Of a stretch of 24,693 nucleotides of DNA, positions 1 through 8,205 are shown piece by piece; position 1 is the stretch's first letter; every line of letters starts with the position of its first letter. Source of the DNA: a virus (taxonomy: Duplodnaviria > Caudoviricetes); IMG/VR virus record IMGVR_UViG_3300005512_000314, positions 1 through 24,693 of that record, one strand, 5' to 3'. The position numbers and the translations under genes are program-made. Below the pieces are notes generated by a model. That model had not been told where the DNA came from, did no database searches, and worked only from the letters and a program-made list of their open reading frames with translations.

Positions 1-37
1 AAGCTTTTAGTTAATTTTTCTTGTAAAGAGCAAGAAT

Positions 38-265
38 CTATTTAGGCTCTTTATCACTACAATGGTAACCAACAACAACCTCACCTTTAAAAGTATGAAA
101 GTAATGGTTTTGTTTTGGTAAAGGAATTTTTCTTTCGTGTGTAATAACATATTTATCCCACCAAACAGCACAATCTAAGTTATGAGTTTCAACTTTTAAA
201 ATATCACCAGTTGATAGTATTAAAGAAATAACTAAACCTTTGTATCCCGCAATCAATTCAAACAT
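38..265 (-). CDS. Hypothetical phage protein (75 aa, hydrophobic N-terminus)
   Basis: ORF track; same strand as neighbours and packed 3 nt from the upstream ORF; no recognisable motif. Confidence 0.65.
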   Translation of the reverse strand: MFELIAGYKGLVISLILSTGDILKVETHNLDCAVWWDKYVITHERKIPLPKQNHYFHTFKGEVVVGYHCSDKEPK

Positions 266-268
266 TAA

Positions 269-412
269 TTAAGCTGTATCATCTTGATGTCTTCTTCTCA
301 TATAACGTTTGCTAGGTTCATAGTTCCATCTTTTACCATGATGTCCACGCATGTCAGCATACCACATTCTTAATTTAACTATTAAACATCTTAAAAAAGT
401 TCTTTTAGCCAT
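269..412 (-). CDS. Small basic hypothetical protein (47 aa), not in ORF track
   Basis: Manual translation MAKRTFLRCLIVKLRMWYADMRGHHGKRWNYEPSKRYMRRRHQDDTA*; fills the gap exactly, and its start overlaps the stop of 405..683. Confidence 0.7.
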   Translation of the reverse strand: MAKRTFLRCLIVKLRMWYADMRGHHGKRWNYEPSKRYMRRRHQDDTA

Positions 413-683
413 TATCAATTACTCTTCCATCTTTAGTTCTTTTTCTTTTTGGCCATTTACAATTTATTTTTAATGTACTTCCATCTTCAGATACTAAAAT
501 TATTTCATGTCCTGTTGGTGTGTCATAAACATAGTGCCTTGCGTAATTAGAATATTCCATCCAACCACTTCCTTTAACAACTTTTTCTTTTTTACCTTTA
601 GGATTCCATTTAGGATGAAAACTTGGATCGTCTTGCATCCAAGCTATTTCCGCTGCTAAATCTTCGGCATCTTTATGAGACAT
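405..683 (-). CDS. Hypothetical phage protein (92 aa)
   Basis: ORF track; TATACT -10-like box 11 nt upstream of the ATG. Confidence 0.7.
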   Translation of the reverse strand: MSHKDAEDLAAEIAWMQDDPSFHPKWNPKGKKEKVVKGSGWMEYSNYARHYVYDTPTGHEIILVSEDGSTLKINCKWPKRKRTKDGRVIDNG

Positions 684-694
684 AGATAGCGTAG

Positions 695-700
695 AGTATA
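695..700 (-). promoter_or_regulatory. Putative sigma70 -10 box (TATACT) for 405..683
   Basis: TATACT on the minus strand in a 47-nt intergenic gap; no convincing -35. Confidence 0.4.
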
Positions 701-730
701 AATTACTTTTTGAAAATGTGCTAGTGTTTT

Positions 731-919
731 TTAACTAGCTATATCGTATAAGCCCATTTTTGCATCCTCAACGCTTTGTTCGTTGATTTTTGTTTTGAGC
801 TCTTTAATTTGGATATCAATCCACTTCATATCAGGAGTTACTCTACCCTGTTGTAACGCCTGTGTTGCCCACTTGGACTCCAACTGAAGTTTTTCCGATA
901 TCAACTTCTGTAGTGCCAT
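731..919 (-). CDS. Hypothetical coiled-coil phage protein (62 aa)
   Basis: ORF track; GAGGAG Shine-Dalgarno upstream of the ATG. Confidence 0.75.
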   Translation of the reverse strand: MALQKLISEKLQLESKWATQALQQGRVTPDMKWIDIQIKELKTKINEQSVEDAKMGLYDIAS

Positions 920-1103
920 TTTTTAGCTCCTCATATGTGATGAAGATTTTATTTTTTAAATAGAAACCTTCATCTTTAGCTTCGATCTCACCATTCTCAA
1001 GTTTATTCTTGAATTGAACAAGAGCCTCAGCATCATTTTCAGCATTTACTATCCCATTATAATATAGACCATCTGATCTAATTTGTATGCGATATTGCTT
1101 CAT
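843..1103 (-). CDS. Hypothetical phage protein (86 aa)
   Basis: ORF track; ATG lies 5 nt after a perfect TATAAT; C-terminal tail overlaps the next gene by 77 nt. Confidence 0.7.
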   Translation of the reverse strand: MKQYRIQIRSDGLYYNGIVNAENDAEALVQFKNKLENGEIEAKDEGFYLKNKIFITYEELKNGTTEVDIGKTSVGVQVGNTGVTTG

Positions 1104-1108
1104 AAGAG

Positions 1109-1138
1109 ATTATATACCACTTTTGCGTGTTAAATCAA
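1109..1138 (-). promoter_or_regulatory. Putative sigma70 promoter TTGATT-N18-TATAAT
   Basis: Minus strand: TTGATT at 1138-1133, TATAAT at 1114-1109, ATG at 1103. Confidence 0.6.
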
Positions 1139-1330
1139 CCCTAGGTTTCTTAGTTCCTGCGGTGGCCGTTGTTCGCTACACATTGGGCAGTCTACTTTAA
1201 GCATCGTGGATTCTTCAGTATCCTTGTACACCCAAATCTCTCTAAGACCCTTACATCTCATGCAAGTATCCTTACCATATTCTACAAATTGTTTAGTGTT
1301 TCTTGTATTTAAATCATCATTATTTATCAT
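1130..1330 (-). CDS. Small zinc-finger protein (CxxC...CxxC, DnaJ-type zinc-finger-like), 66 aa
   Basis: CMRCKG and CPMCS motifs; start moved to the ATG at 1330 (MINND), which follows GGGAGAG and overlaps the polA stop. Confidence 0.7.
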   Translation of the reverse strand: MINNDDLNTRNTKQFVEYGKDTCMRCKGLREIWVYKDTEESTMLKVDCPMCSEQRPPQELRNLGLI

Positions 1331-3191
1331 CTGTCTCTCCCCAACTTTTACCAATGGCTACATCAACCTTAAAAGGTACTTTAAGATTATCTAATGTATT
1401 TTCCATCATATTTGTTATTTTACTTATATCACTTTCTTCGTTTATACTAAAACAAAGTTCGTCATGTATTTGTAACATAGGCATAAAACCTGCATTCGTA
1501 CAATCAATCATAGCTTGTTTAACTTGGTCAGCTGCGGATCCCTGAATTAATCTATTCAAAGCTTTATAAGTAAAGGCACGCCTAATGTTGTTTCCATATT
1601 GTGCTTTAGCAGCTTCATAACTCATAGCTTGGTTCATACCAAAGGTAGCTGGTTCCCATTTATCAAATCTACATTTTCTACCTTTAAGAGTTCTAATGAA
1701 ACCAAACTTACTAGCAGATTGTGTTGTAGCTTCTGCTAACTTCTTAACGAAAGGTACTCTAGTATTGTATTTAGCTAAAAGCATTTCAGCAGCATCTTTA
1801 GAAATGCCTAGTTCCTTAGATAACTTTGCTTTACCCATACCATAGAACAAACCTAAGTTAATTGTCTTAGCTTGTGTTCTAGATATACCTGCCATATCAG
1901 CAACGATTTGATGAAAGTCTGCAGATTCATCTTGGTAAGCTTGTATGAATTCTTCTGCTCCTTGAATTTGATCTCCAATTGATGCAGAGTAATGTGCAAC
2001 CAATCTTGGTTCTTGTTGTGAATAGTCAAAGCTACCCCATTGTCTACCTTCTTCAGGTAAGAACAATGATCTAATTTTATTTCCAAACTCTTTGTTACGA
2101 GCAGGGATCTGTTGTAGGTTAGGATTTGCATAAGATAATCTTCCTGATACCGTACCACCTTGATCTGATCTTAATTGATTAATCTCAGAATGAATACGTC
2201 CTTTATGTACATATCTATTAATAGAATCAATAAATGTGGAGTGAAATTTATTTATCTCTCTAGTTTCCTTTATCAGTTGTGCAATAGGATGTTCACAGTT
2301 AGCTAACCAATTCTGTGTAAAAGATGGCTCGTCAGACTTAGGAGTTCTTGGATATTCTATTCCTAATCTGTCAAACACTTGTGCTACACTTCGTGCAGCC
2401 CAAATATCTACATCAATAGTTGTTTCATCTTTTATTTGTTTTAATAACGCAAATTCTTTTTTTCTAAATTCTTTTTTAAGATCATGTGCCCGTTGTTCGT
2501 TGATACGTATGCCTTGTTGTCTCATATTGATTAGTGTAGGCAATAGTTCCATTTCCATTTCCCATACATCATTCAAGGATTGTTTCATAATCTCTGGCTT
2601 GAATTGATGCCAAAGTCTTAAAGTAAGAGCAGCATCTTGTTCAGCATAGAAACCTACAAAGCTTGCAGGCATTCTCCACATATCTTGTTTAGCATCGATA
2701 CCCCACTCTTTAGCTTTCTCATTTAAGAATGTTTCATTTTTAATTTCACCTAGGTAATCTTTAGCACAGGCATTTAAACTAAAACTAAATCTGTTTTCAT
2801 CTATCAAAGCTGCAGCTGTCATTGTATCTACAATCTTTCCTCTAATCTCAAAGCCGTTAGCTTTTAACCAACCCACGTCATAAGAAGCATTATGAAATAT
2901 TTTTGTGCTAGGTCTTTTTAATAAATCTACCATCCAAGCAGTAGTAACAGCTAAATCCATATTACCACCTGCATCATGTGCTATGGGGAAGTACCATTGT
3001 TTACCTAATGCTGCTACGGCAAAACCTACGATGTGGCCTTTGCCTGTGGCCCAACCTGAGCCGTGTGTTTTTAAATCAGGATCTTTTGTTTCTAAGTCTA
3101 TGGCTACTTCAGTAGCTTCTCTTAAGTCAGGGTATTCTGAGGGGCAAACCCAATCAGAATCATTGTAAATAAAATTTAATTGATGAGTCAT
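1320..3191 (-). CDS. polA: Phage DNA polymerase, family A (3'-5' exonuclease + polymerase)
   Basis: ExoI AIDLET, ExoII FHNASYD, ExoIII YAEQDA; polymerase motifs SGRLS..PNLQQIP, A (FDYSQQEPR), B (RTQAKTINLGLFYG), C (QIHDEL). Confidence 0.97.
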   Translation of the reverse strand: MTHQLNFIYNDSDWVCPSEYPDLREATEVAIDLETKDPDLKTHGSGWATGKGHIVGFAVAALGKQWYFPIAHDAGGNMDLAVTTAWMVDLLKRPSTKIFHNASYDVGWLKANGFEIRGKIVDTMTAAALIDENRFSFSLNACAKDYLGEIKNETFLNEKAKEWGIDAKQDMWRMPASFVGFYAEQDAALTLRLWHQFKPEIMKQSLNDVWEMEMELLPTLINMRQQGIRINEQRAHDLKKEFRKKEFALLKQIKDETTIDVDIWAARSVAQVFDRLGIEYPRTPKSDEPSFTQNWLANCEHPIAQLIKETREINKFHSTFIDSINRYVHKGRIHSEINQLRSDQGGTVSGRLSYANPNLQQIPARNKEFGNKIRSLFLPEEGRQWGSFDYSQQEPRLVAHYSASIGDQIQGAEEFIQAYQDESADFHQIVADMAGISRTQAKTINLGLFYGMGKAKLSKELGISKDAAEMLLAKYNTRVPFVKKLAEATTQSASKFGFIRTLKGRKCRFDKWEPATFGMNQAMSYEAAKAQYGNNIRRAFTYKALNRLIQGSAADQVKQAMIDCTNAGFMPMLQIHDELCFSINEESDISKITNMMENTLDNLKVPFKVDVAIGKSWGETDDK

Positions 3192-3194
3192 TAT

Positions 3195-3362
3195 TTAAAG
3201 TGCCAACTGGTTATTTTGTCTGTGATCTTTAGTATCTTGTTTCTTGTCTTCATCGTATTTTCCTATTTTTTCTATTTTACAATAACAATCTTCACATAGA
3301 GGAATGCCTCTATCAATGACAACTGCTATTCTTTTACATCTAGTACATGTTCTTTTTTGCAT
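3195..3362 (-). CDS. Cys-rich microprotein (55 aa, CxxC-x13-CxxC), not in ORF track
   Basis: Manual translation MQKRTCTRCKRIAVVIDRGIPLCEDCYCKIEKIGKYDEDKKQDTKDHRQNNQLAL*. Confidence 0.6.
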   Translation of the reverse strand: MQKRTCTRCKRIAVVIDRGIPLCEDCYCKIEKIGKYDEDKKQDTKDHRQNNQLAL

Positions 3363-3448
3363 AATTTATAATAACAAATCCTACAATAATAAAGACAATC
3401 AAAAGCAATGTCTCTCCTGTTGCATTCTATACACTTACATCCACTCAT
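3326..3448 (-). CDS. Cys-rich microprotein (40 aa, CxxC-x12-CxxC), not in ORF track
   Basis: Manual translation MSGCKCIECNRRDIAFDCLYYCRICYYKLCKKEHVLDVKE*; ATGA overlap with the DUF3310 stop. Confidence 0.6.
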   Translation of the reverse strand: MSGCKCIECNRRDIAFDCLYYCRICYYKLCKKEHVLDVKE

Positions 3449-3657
3449 TTAATTCCATAATCTCTAGCTAAAATCATTTCACAATAATGAATAGCTTTTT
3501 TAATATCATTCTCTTTACCTTTATCTTGGTGTCTACAAACGTATTTAATTACATTAGCTTCTGCTGCAAGTAATCTATTATCATTAATAAACTTTGAAGG
3601 TTGTATTTTAAATTTTTGATAATGACTGCCTTGAATTTGTTTTTTATACGGTGACAT
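3445..3657 (-). CDS. DUF3310 family protein (T7 gp1.7-like nucleotide kinase domain)
   Basis: QIQGSHY...NVIKYVCRHQDKG...DIKKAIHYCEM pattern typical of DUF3310; located in the replication module. Confidence 0.85.
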   Translation of the reverse strand: MSPYKKQIQGSHYQKFKIQPSKFINDNRLLAAEANVIKYVCRHQDKGKENDIKKAIHYCEMILARDYGIK

Positions 3658-5260
3658 AATTACTTTTATACAATTTATAATATTTACTCAAGGGAAAATG
3701 ATATCTGTGGAAAGTGCCTAATAGATGTAAGTTCTTCTTTGCTCTAGTTGCTCCTACATACCATACCCTTAATTCTTTAACCTTGTCTGCTAAACTCTTT
3801 CTTTCATAATGTGATGGGAAGTTACATTTAGAAGATAGTATAACATTATCTGCTTCTCCACCTTTAACCTGGTGTATCGTATCAATAACTATCTTTGCCT
3901 TTTCATCTAAATTAAAACCATTCTCAATTAACTTCATAAAATATAATTTTTCTTTTTCTTTAAACTTACGTTGAAACGCTTCTGTCCAAGGTTTCTTTTC
4001 TTCGACCATTCCTCCCTGCAGGTGCAGTTGTTCAAAATTAAATACTTGATTCGGATGAGCAAAGCTCCATTTCTTGCTGTCCGTTGATCGGTAGCCGTGA
4101 TCTATGTTTAAAAGAAAATTGTACATGTTCCCTGCATCTTCTCTTGTTATGCTACCACCTTCGCAAATCTTTTCCCAATCTTGTATGGCTTTCCATTGGT
4201 TAGGATCAAAAGATCTCGTACCTCGCATGTCCTGAAAGTATATACCCATATCTCTAGCTTCATCCTGTAGTTCTTTCTTAACATCATTTATTCTAGCTAA
4301 TATCATCCAAGATCCTTCATCATCTAAAGGTATTTTCTTAAGATTATTCCACTTACTTATAGTTCCCTCACTACCATTAGAATTAAATTGTTTCTCTACT
4401 CTATAACCTTCCATACCATTTAATAAACACCTAGCAAAAAAATGTACTTGTTTATTCAGTCTTCTAGATTTTTCTAATATTTTTATCTTACCTGGAAAAG
4501 TTTGAAAGTAAGTTACTTCTGCACCATTCCATTCATAGATAGCCTGATCATCATCACCAGCTAGATAAACTTTCTCTGAGCTTAATGCTAACTTAACAAC
4601 CATATCCCACTGTAAAGGTGTTAGATCTTGAGCTTCATCCACCATCAATACTCTAAAAGGTAAAGCTAAACCTGATTTAATAAACTTCTCAACCATATCT
4701 GTAAAATCTAATCTATCATTTTTAAACTCCCCTGGACTCTCTTCATACTTTTTGTAGTTCTCATAACCGTGAATAATAGATTTAAATTGTTGTAATCTAA
4801 CTTTCTTTCTAGGTTCTTTTTTGTAAAGCTCTACGGGATCAATCTTCATGTTTCTTGCCTTATCATAAATTTGTAGCGACCAGTTGTTATAAACTTTCTT
4901 GTCATCCCAAGCAGGTTTGTAATCTAACTTTACAGTTCCGTATTGTGTATGGAATTGTAGTAAATCTACTTTAGGATCTAATACAGGTATGTCTGAGAAT
5001 TGTTGTCTAGCTAAACTATGTAAGGTTCTAAAATATTTAAAGTCATCTTCATTGTAACCTTTAAACTCTTTTCTAATTCTATCTCTACATTCTTGAACAG
5101 CTTTATTTGTAAATGAGATGTAACATATCTCATCAGGTGATAGACCCATTCTTAAAAAACGTTTTGCTCTTTGTAGTAGTCTATGTGTTTTACCTGTTCC
5201 TGGTGGACCAAAAAATTTAATTGTCTTCCCATGGAGTTTTTGCTTTAGTGAATTTGACAT
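3644..5260 (-). CDS. UvrD/Rep-like superfamily 1 DNA helicase
   Basis: Walker A GPPGTGKT, Ia SFTNKA, TLHS, Walker B VDEAQD, III GDDDQAIY, V TIHQVKGGEAD, VI YVGATRAK. Start uncertain: ATG at 5260 chosen; the frame is open to 5326. Confidence 0.93.
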   Translation of the reverse strand: MSNSLKQKLHGKTIKFFGPPGTGKTHRLLQRAKRFLRMGLSPDEICYISFTNKAVQECRDRIRKEFKGYNEDDFKYFRTLHSLARQQFSDIPVLDPKVDLLQFHTQYGTVKLDYKPAWDDKKVYNNWSLQIYDKARNMKIDPVELYKKEPRKKVRLQQFKSIIHGYENYKKYEESPGEFKNDRLDFTDMVEKFIKSGLALPFRVLMVDEAQDLTPLQWDMVVKLALSSEKVYLAGDDDQAIYEWNGAEVTYFQTFPGKIKILEKSRRLNKQVHFFARCLLNGMEGYRVEKQFNSNGSEGTISKWNNLKKIPLDDEGSWMILARINDVKKELQDEARDMGIYFQDMRGTRSFDPNQWKAIQDWEKICEGGSITREDAGNMYNFLLNIDHGYRSTDSKKWSFAHPNQVFNFEQLHLQGGMVEEKKPWTEAFQRKFKEKEKLYFMKLIENGFNLDEKAKIVIDTIHQVKGGEADNVILSSKCNFPSHYERKSLADKVKELRVWYVGATRAKKNLHLLGTFHRYHFPLSKYYKLYKSNYVTV

Positions 5261-6788
5261 TTTTATTTTTGTGCGTTGTTTGTTGTGGTTTGTCTGCAAC
5301 CCAGTGTCTCGTGTTAATGCTTTCAAATTTCTTACTCTTCTTACATCCGCCTTCCTGTAGGAATATTGTACAATCTTTTTCAGACCAATTGTAGCCCTGC
5401 TTTTTCATAAATAACTTAAAGGTTTCTAGTTTAAATCTAATATTTTTATCATCGTGCCATATATTATCGTGTTCAATTTGATCAAAGTCAGTAGTTGTAT
5501 CTGTGTCTTCAAAAAATTTAGTCATTCTTGTATTGAACACATCTAGTCTTTCTTCTTCTCTATCAATACCTTCCATATCAATCTTGTTAGCCATAAGTTC
5601 TTCTAGCCAATCTTTATATGGATCAGGATCTCTTTTAGAACCTTTTAGTGTTCTCCAAACAATATCATAAGATAAAAGTCTCTCTCCAAGTAACTGTTGT
5701 TGATATAATTGTTTAGTTTCTAATTTAACTACCTTACCTTGTATAGGAAGCAACCAATAAGGCTCAGGGTATGAATTAACTTTAACTAACTTACCTACTT
5801 CAGGTAAAGCTTCATTTAGGCCAATACCATACTTTCTCTTTGCACATTGTTTGCTACCATTACAAAACTGTCTAGCTATGGCAGTTCCACATTTAAAACT
5901 GTAATCATGTTTCTCGATCATCTCTATAACTTTATTAATTTCTTTTGGATCAAGAGGTGGAACACAAATCTTTTTATTTAAATCTCTAACCATATCTGTC
6001 CAATAATCTTTGTCAGAATTAATCTTCTTAGCTAGTACACCAACATTAAACATTGCATCATTACGGCCCTCACCTTCTGTTACTTGATTTCTAATAAATT
6101 TATTTACGCAGTTAGGCCAATCTTTATTTTCCTTATCATTGTCTGTATTTATATTTAAAAAGTCTTCAGGTTTGACTATAAAAGTTTTTACGTATTCAAG
6201 ATATTTATCAAAAGGAATACTGTTGGCATTATCATCTAATGCACATCGTGTAGAAAATTTTGCGTTTTGGTAAGGTAAGTTTAAGAATTGACCTTTTTGT
6301 TTGTCTTCCCATTTTTCAGGAGTTAAATCTACTGTGTCTTGAGCTGGAAAAATATCTGTCTTAGTGTCATTAACACCTAGATCAGCAGCTATAGAAATTA
6401 ATTTCTTACGCATATCTGCAGCAGCCATTGGCTCTGATAAGTGCACAATTAAATGTAATGCATTTGATTTAGAACGGTAAGGTACAAATGGGTAACCTCG
6501 TTCTCTAACTAAACTAATGTATTGTTTTAAATCCATACCATACCTATCGATGTCTATAACACCCCAGGTACACGTACTATCGTCATGTATTACAACAGAA
6601 CCTAAATGTGATTTACCTTCTAAATGATTTATCCAATCTTTATCAGTAACAGGTTCAGCTACAATCCAACTTTTATATTCTTCTTTACCCGTAGGTTTTT
6701 TAGTACCTGTAGGTTTGGATTGTCCGTAATAAGTTTGGGAGCCCTGGAACAGGGTTTTAAACTGTTCCAGGTCTTTGCTAAAATCCAT
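5217..6788 (-). CDS. Archaeo-eukaryotic-type (AEP) primase with a PriCT/PriL-like helical domain
   Basis: WGVIDID (DxD motif I), RSKSNALH (motif II His), IFPAQD, LNLPY, followed by WPNC...EGEGRNDAMF typical of primase C-terminal domains. Confidence 0.8.
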   Translation of the reverse strand: MDFSKDLEQFKTLFQGSQTYYGQSKPTGTKKPTGKEEYKSWIVAEPVTDKDWINHLEGKSHLGSVVIHDDSTCTWGVIDIDRYGMDLKQYISLVRERGYPFVPYRSKSNALHLIVHLSEPMAAADMRKKLISIAADLGVNDTKTDIFPAQDTVDLTPEKWEDKQKGQFLNLPYQNAKFSTRCALDDNANSIPFDKYLEYVKTFIVKPEDFLNINTDNDKENKDWPNCVNKFIRNQVTEGEGRNDAMFNVGVLAKKINSDKDYWTDMVRDLNKKICVPPLDPKEINKVIEMIEKHDYSFKCGTAIARQFCNGSKQCAKRKYGIGLNEALPEVGKLVKVNSYPEPYWLLPIQGKVVKLETKQLYQQQLLGERLLSYDIVWRTLKGSKRDPDPYKDWLEELMANKIDMEGIDREEERLDVFNTRMTKFFEDTDTTTDFDQIEHDNIWHDDKNIRFKLETFKLFMKKQGYNWSEKDCTIFLQEGGCKKSKKFESINTRHWVADKPQQTTHKNKNVKFTKAKTPWEDN

Positions 6789-6791
6789 ACA

Positions 6792-7577
6792 TTAAAACGG
6801 TGTCTTAGCTGATTGTTCTTCTTTATCGTGTTTGACGTTAACTGATCCTCCAGAACATGCTTGTCTAAATTTCATAGCACGCTGTACTAAAGACTCGTTA
6901 TCGCAAATACCCTCTGATGTGATTTCCCAACCATACCAAGAACCTAATTGATTTTTTTCAAGTACAGTTCTCAATCTATATAATTGAGTAAAAGGTGCAG
7001 GTCTAAATGTACCCTTTCCATCTTTTCTAGGTTGTTGCATCAAGTTCATCATACTATTCCACTTCTTAGATTTTTTTCTTTGAGTGGACTTCATAGTGAT
7101 CAATGCTTCAGATGCAGTAGTACCTTCAACAACAACTACATAATGTGAAGATGTTTCTTCTATGTAGTTACCATTTTCAAGTCTATCTTTACCTGAATCA
7201 TCTCTTGTAGTTTTTTGCATAATGTCACTATCAGCCGAATATATATTTCTTGGAGAAGCAGAACCTTCTTGGCCTCTGTCAGCCCATTCGATATATTCAA
7301 ACTTATAATAAGCAGGTATTACTTGAATACCTTTTTGCCCATCATATAGCTTGTCAGTAACTGTATTGTAAATCATTCCAGGTCTTGCATCAGGAATAAA
7401 TTTAGAATCTCCTTGAGTTACTTGTGGTGATAGTTGTCCTAAGATTTTTAGGAAAGGCAGCTGTAAACTTTTTGAATCAACGTTATCAAAACCTTGATCT
7501 GCATATTTTTCAATATCAAAAGCTACAACTGAATTGTTTTTCTTCGTTGTTAGATCTGTCCGTTTTTCACTAGACAT
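6792..7577 (-). CDS. Conserved phage replication protein, putative ssDNA-binding protein
   Basis: Strong AAGGAGG SD; LPFLKIL..LSPQ and MKSTQ.K.SKKWNS motifs of a common phage family; C-terminal ...PF as in SSB tails; next to the primase. Confidence 0.55.
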   Translation of the reverse strand: MSSEKRTDLTTKKNNSVVAFDIEKYADQGFDNVDSKSLQLPFLKILGQLSPQVTQGDSKFIPDARPGMIYNTVTDKLYDGQKGIQVIPAYYKFEYIEWADRGQEGSASPRNIYSADSDIMQKTTRDDSGKDRLENGNYIEETSSHYVVVVEGTTASEALITMKSTQRKKSKKWNSMMNLMQQPRKDGKGTFRPAPFTQLYRLRTVLEKNQLGSWYGWEITSEGICDNESLVQRAMKFRQACSGGSVNVKHDKEEQSAKTPF

Positions 7578-7607
7578 TTTTCCTCCTTGGTTATTATTTG
7601 TTACTTA

Positions 7608-8141
7608 TTACTTAATAGTTGCTCTATTAGCGATATAGATACCAAATAAATCAAAAGGAAGTTCTTCACCTTTTTCAACTCGTTCTCGAGCCCAAGCTTT
7701 TAAAGTCATTGGTTCAACTTTCATCTTCTGAGAATAATTAAAACCATGTTGTTGACATACTTTAACTAACTCAGATGCTAGATTATCTTGACCACGATCT
7801 AAATTTGCAGTGATAGAATTTTTAATCATATCACCGTGACCCTTAGCTCTTAACCAACTAAAGGCTTCATCTTGTCTCTCGATAGGAATCTTAGCACCAT
7901 AGAACGGTTTGACATTAACTTTTTTACCATTAGTTAAAACTAATGAGTCAACACCAGCTTCCTGCATCATTTCAGGAATGATTCGTTCTTGATAGTCTCT
8001 AAGTTTTTCCTTGAGTCTAGATAGGTTCTCTTCTGCTGAATTTACTTGTTGTTCTAAATCTATACACTTATTACAGACTTCTGTAATATCTTTTACATCT
8101 TCTGTCTTAAGTTCTAGACTTGAGAATTTTTCAATATCCAT
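7608..8141 (-). CDS. Conserved phage hypothetical protein (N-terminal coiled coil)
   Basis: IPEMM, AFSWLR..GHGD.IKN and VEPMTLKAW motifs seen in phage replication-module proteins; AGGA SD. Confidence 0.8.
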   Translation of the reverse strand: MDIEKFSSLELKTEDVKDITEVCNKCIDLEQQVNSAEENLSRLKEKLRDYQERIIPEMMQEAGVDSLVLTNGKKVNVKPFYGAKIPIERQDEAFSWLRAKGHGDMIKNSITANLDRGQDNLASELVKVCQQHGFNYSQKMKVEPMTLKAWARERVEKGEELPFDLFGIYIANRATIK

Positions 8142-8152
8142 ATCTAGTCATC

Positions 8153-8200
8153 CTTTTAAACTTTTTATTTGCAATGTCAAATTTATTTTTATATAAATTT
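8153..8200. promoter_or_regulatory. Putative divergent promoter region
   Basis: 64-nt AT-rich gap between divergent genes. Plus strand: TTGCAA(8169)-N17-TATAAA(8192). Minus strand: perfect TTGACA (8180-8175) with a weak -10 (TAAAAG, N16). Confidence 0.55.
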
Positions 8201-8205
8201 ATCGG

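Noticed and set aside
1-37. Possible promoter TTGCTC-N18-TAAAAG at the left edge (minus strand)
   Set aside because: Weak match in AT-rich DNA, and the downstream context is outside the window.
720-739. GCTAGT-N8-ACTAGC hairpin at the stop of 731..919 as an intrinsic terminator
   Set aside because: Only a 6-bp stem with an 8-nt loop and no immediate U-tract; too weak to call.
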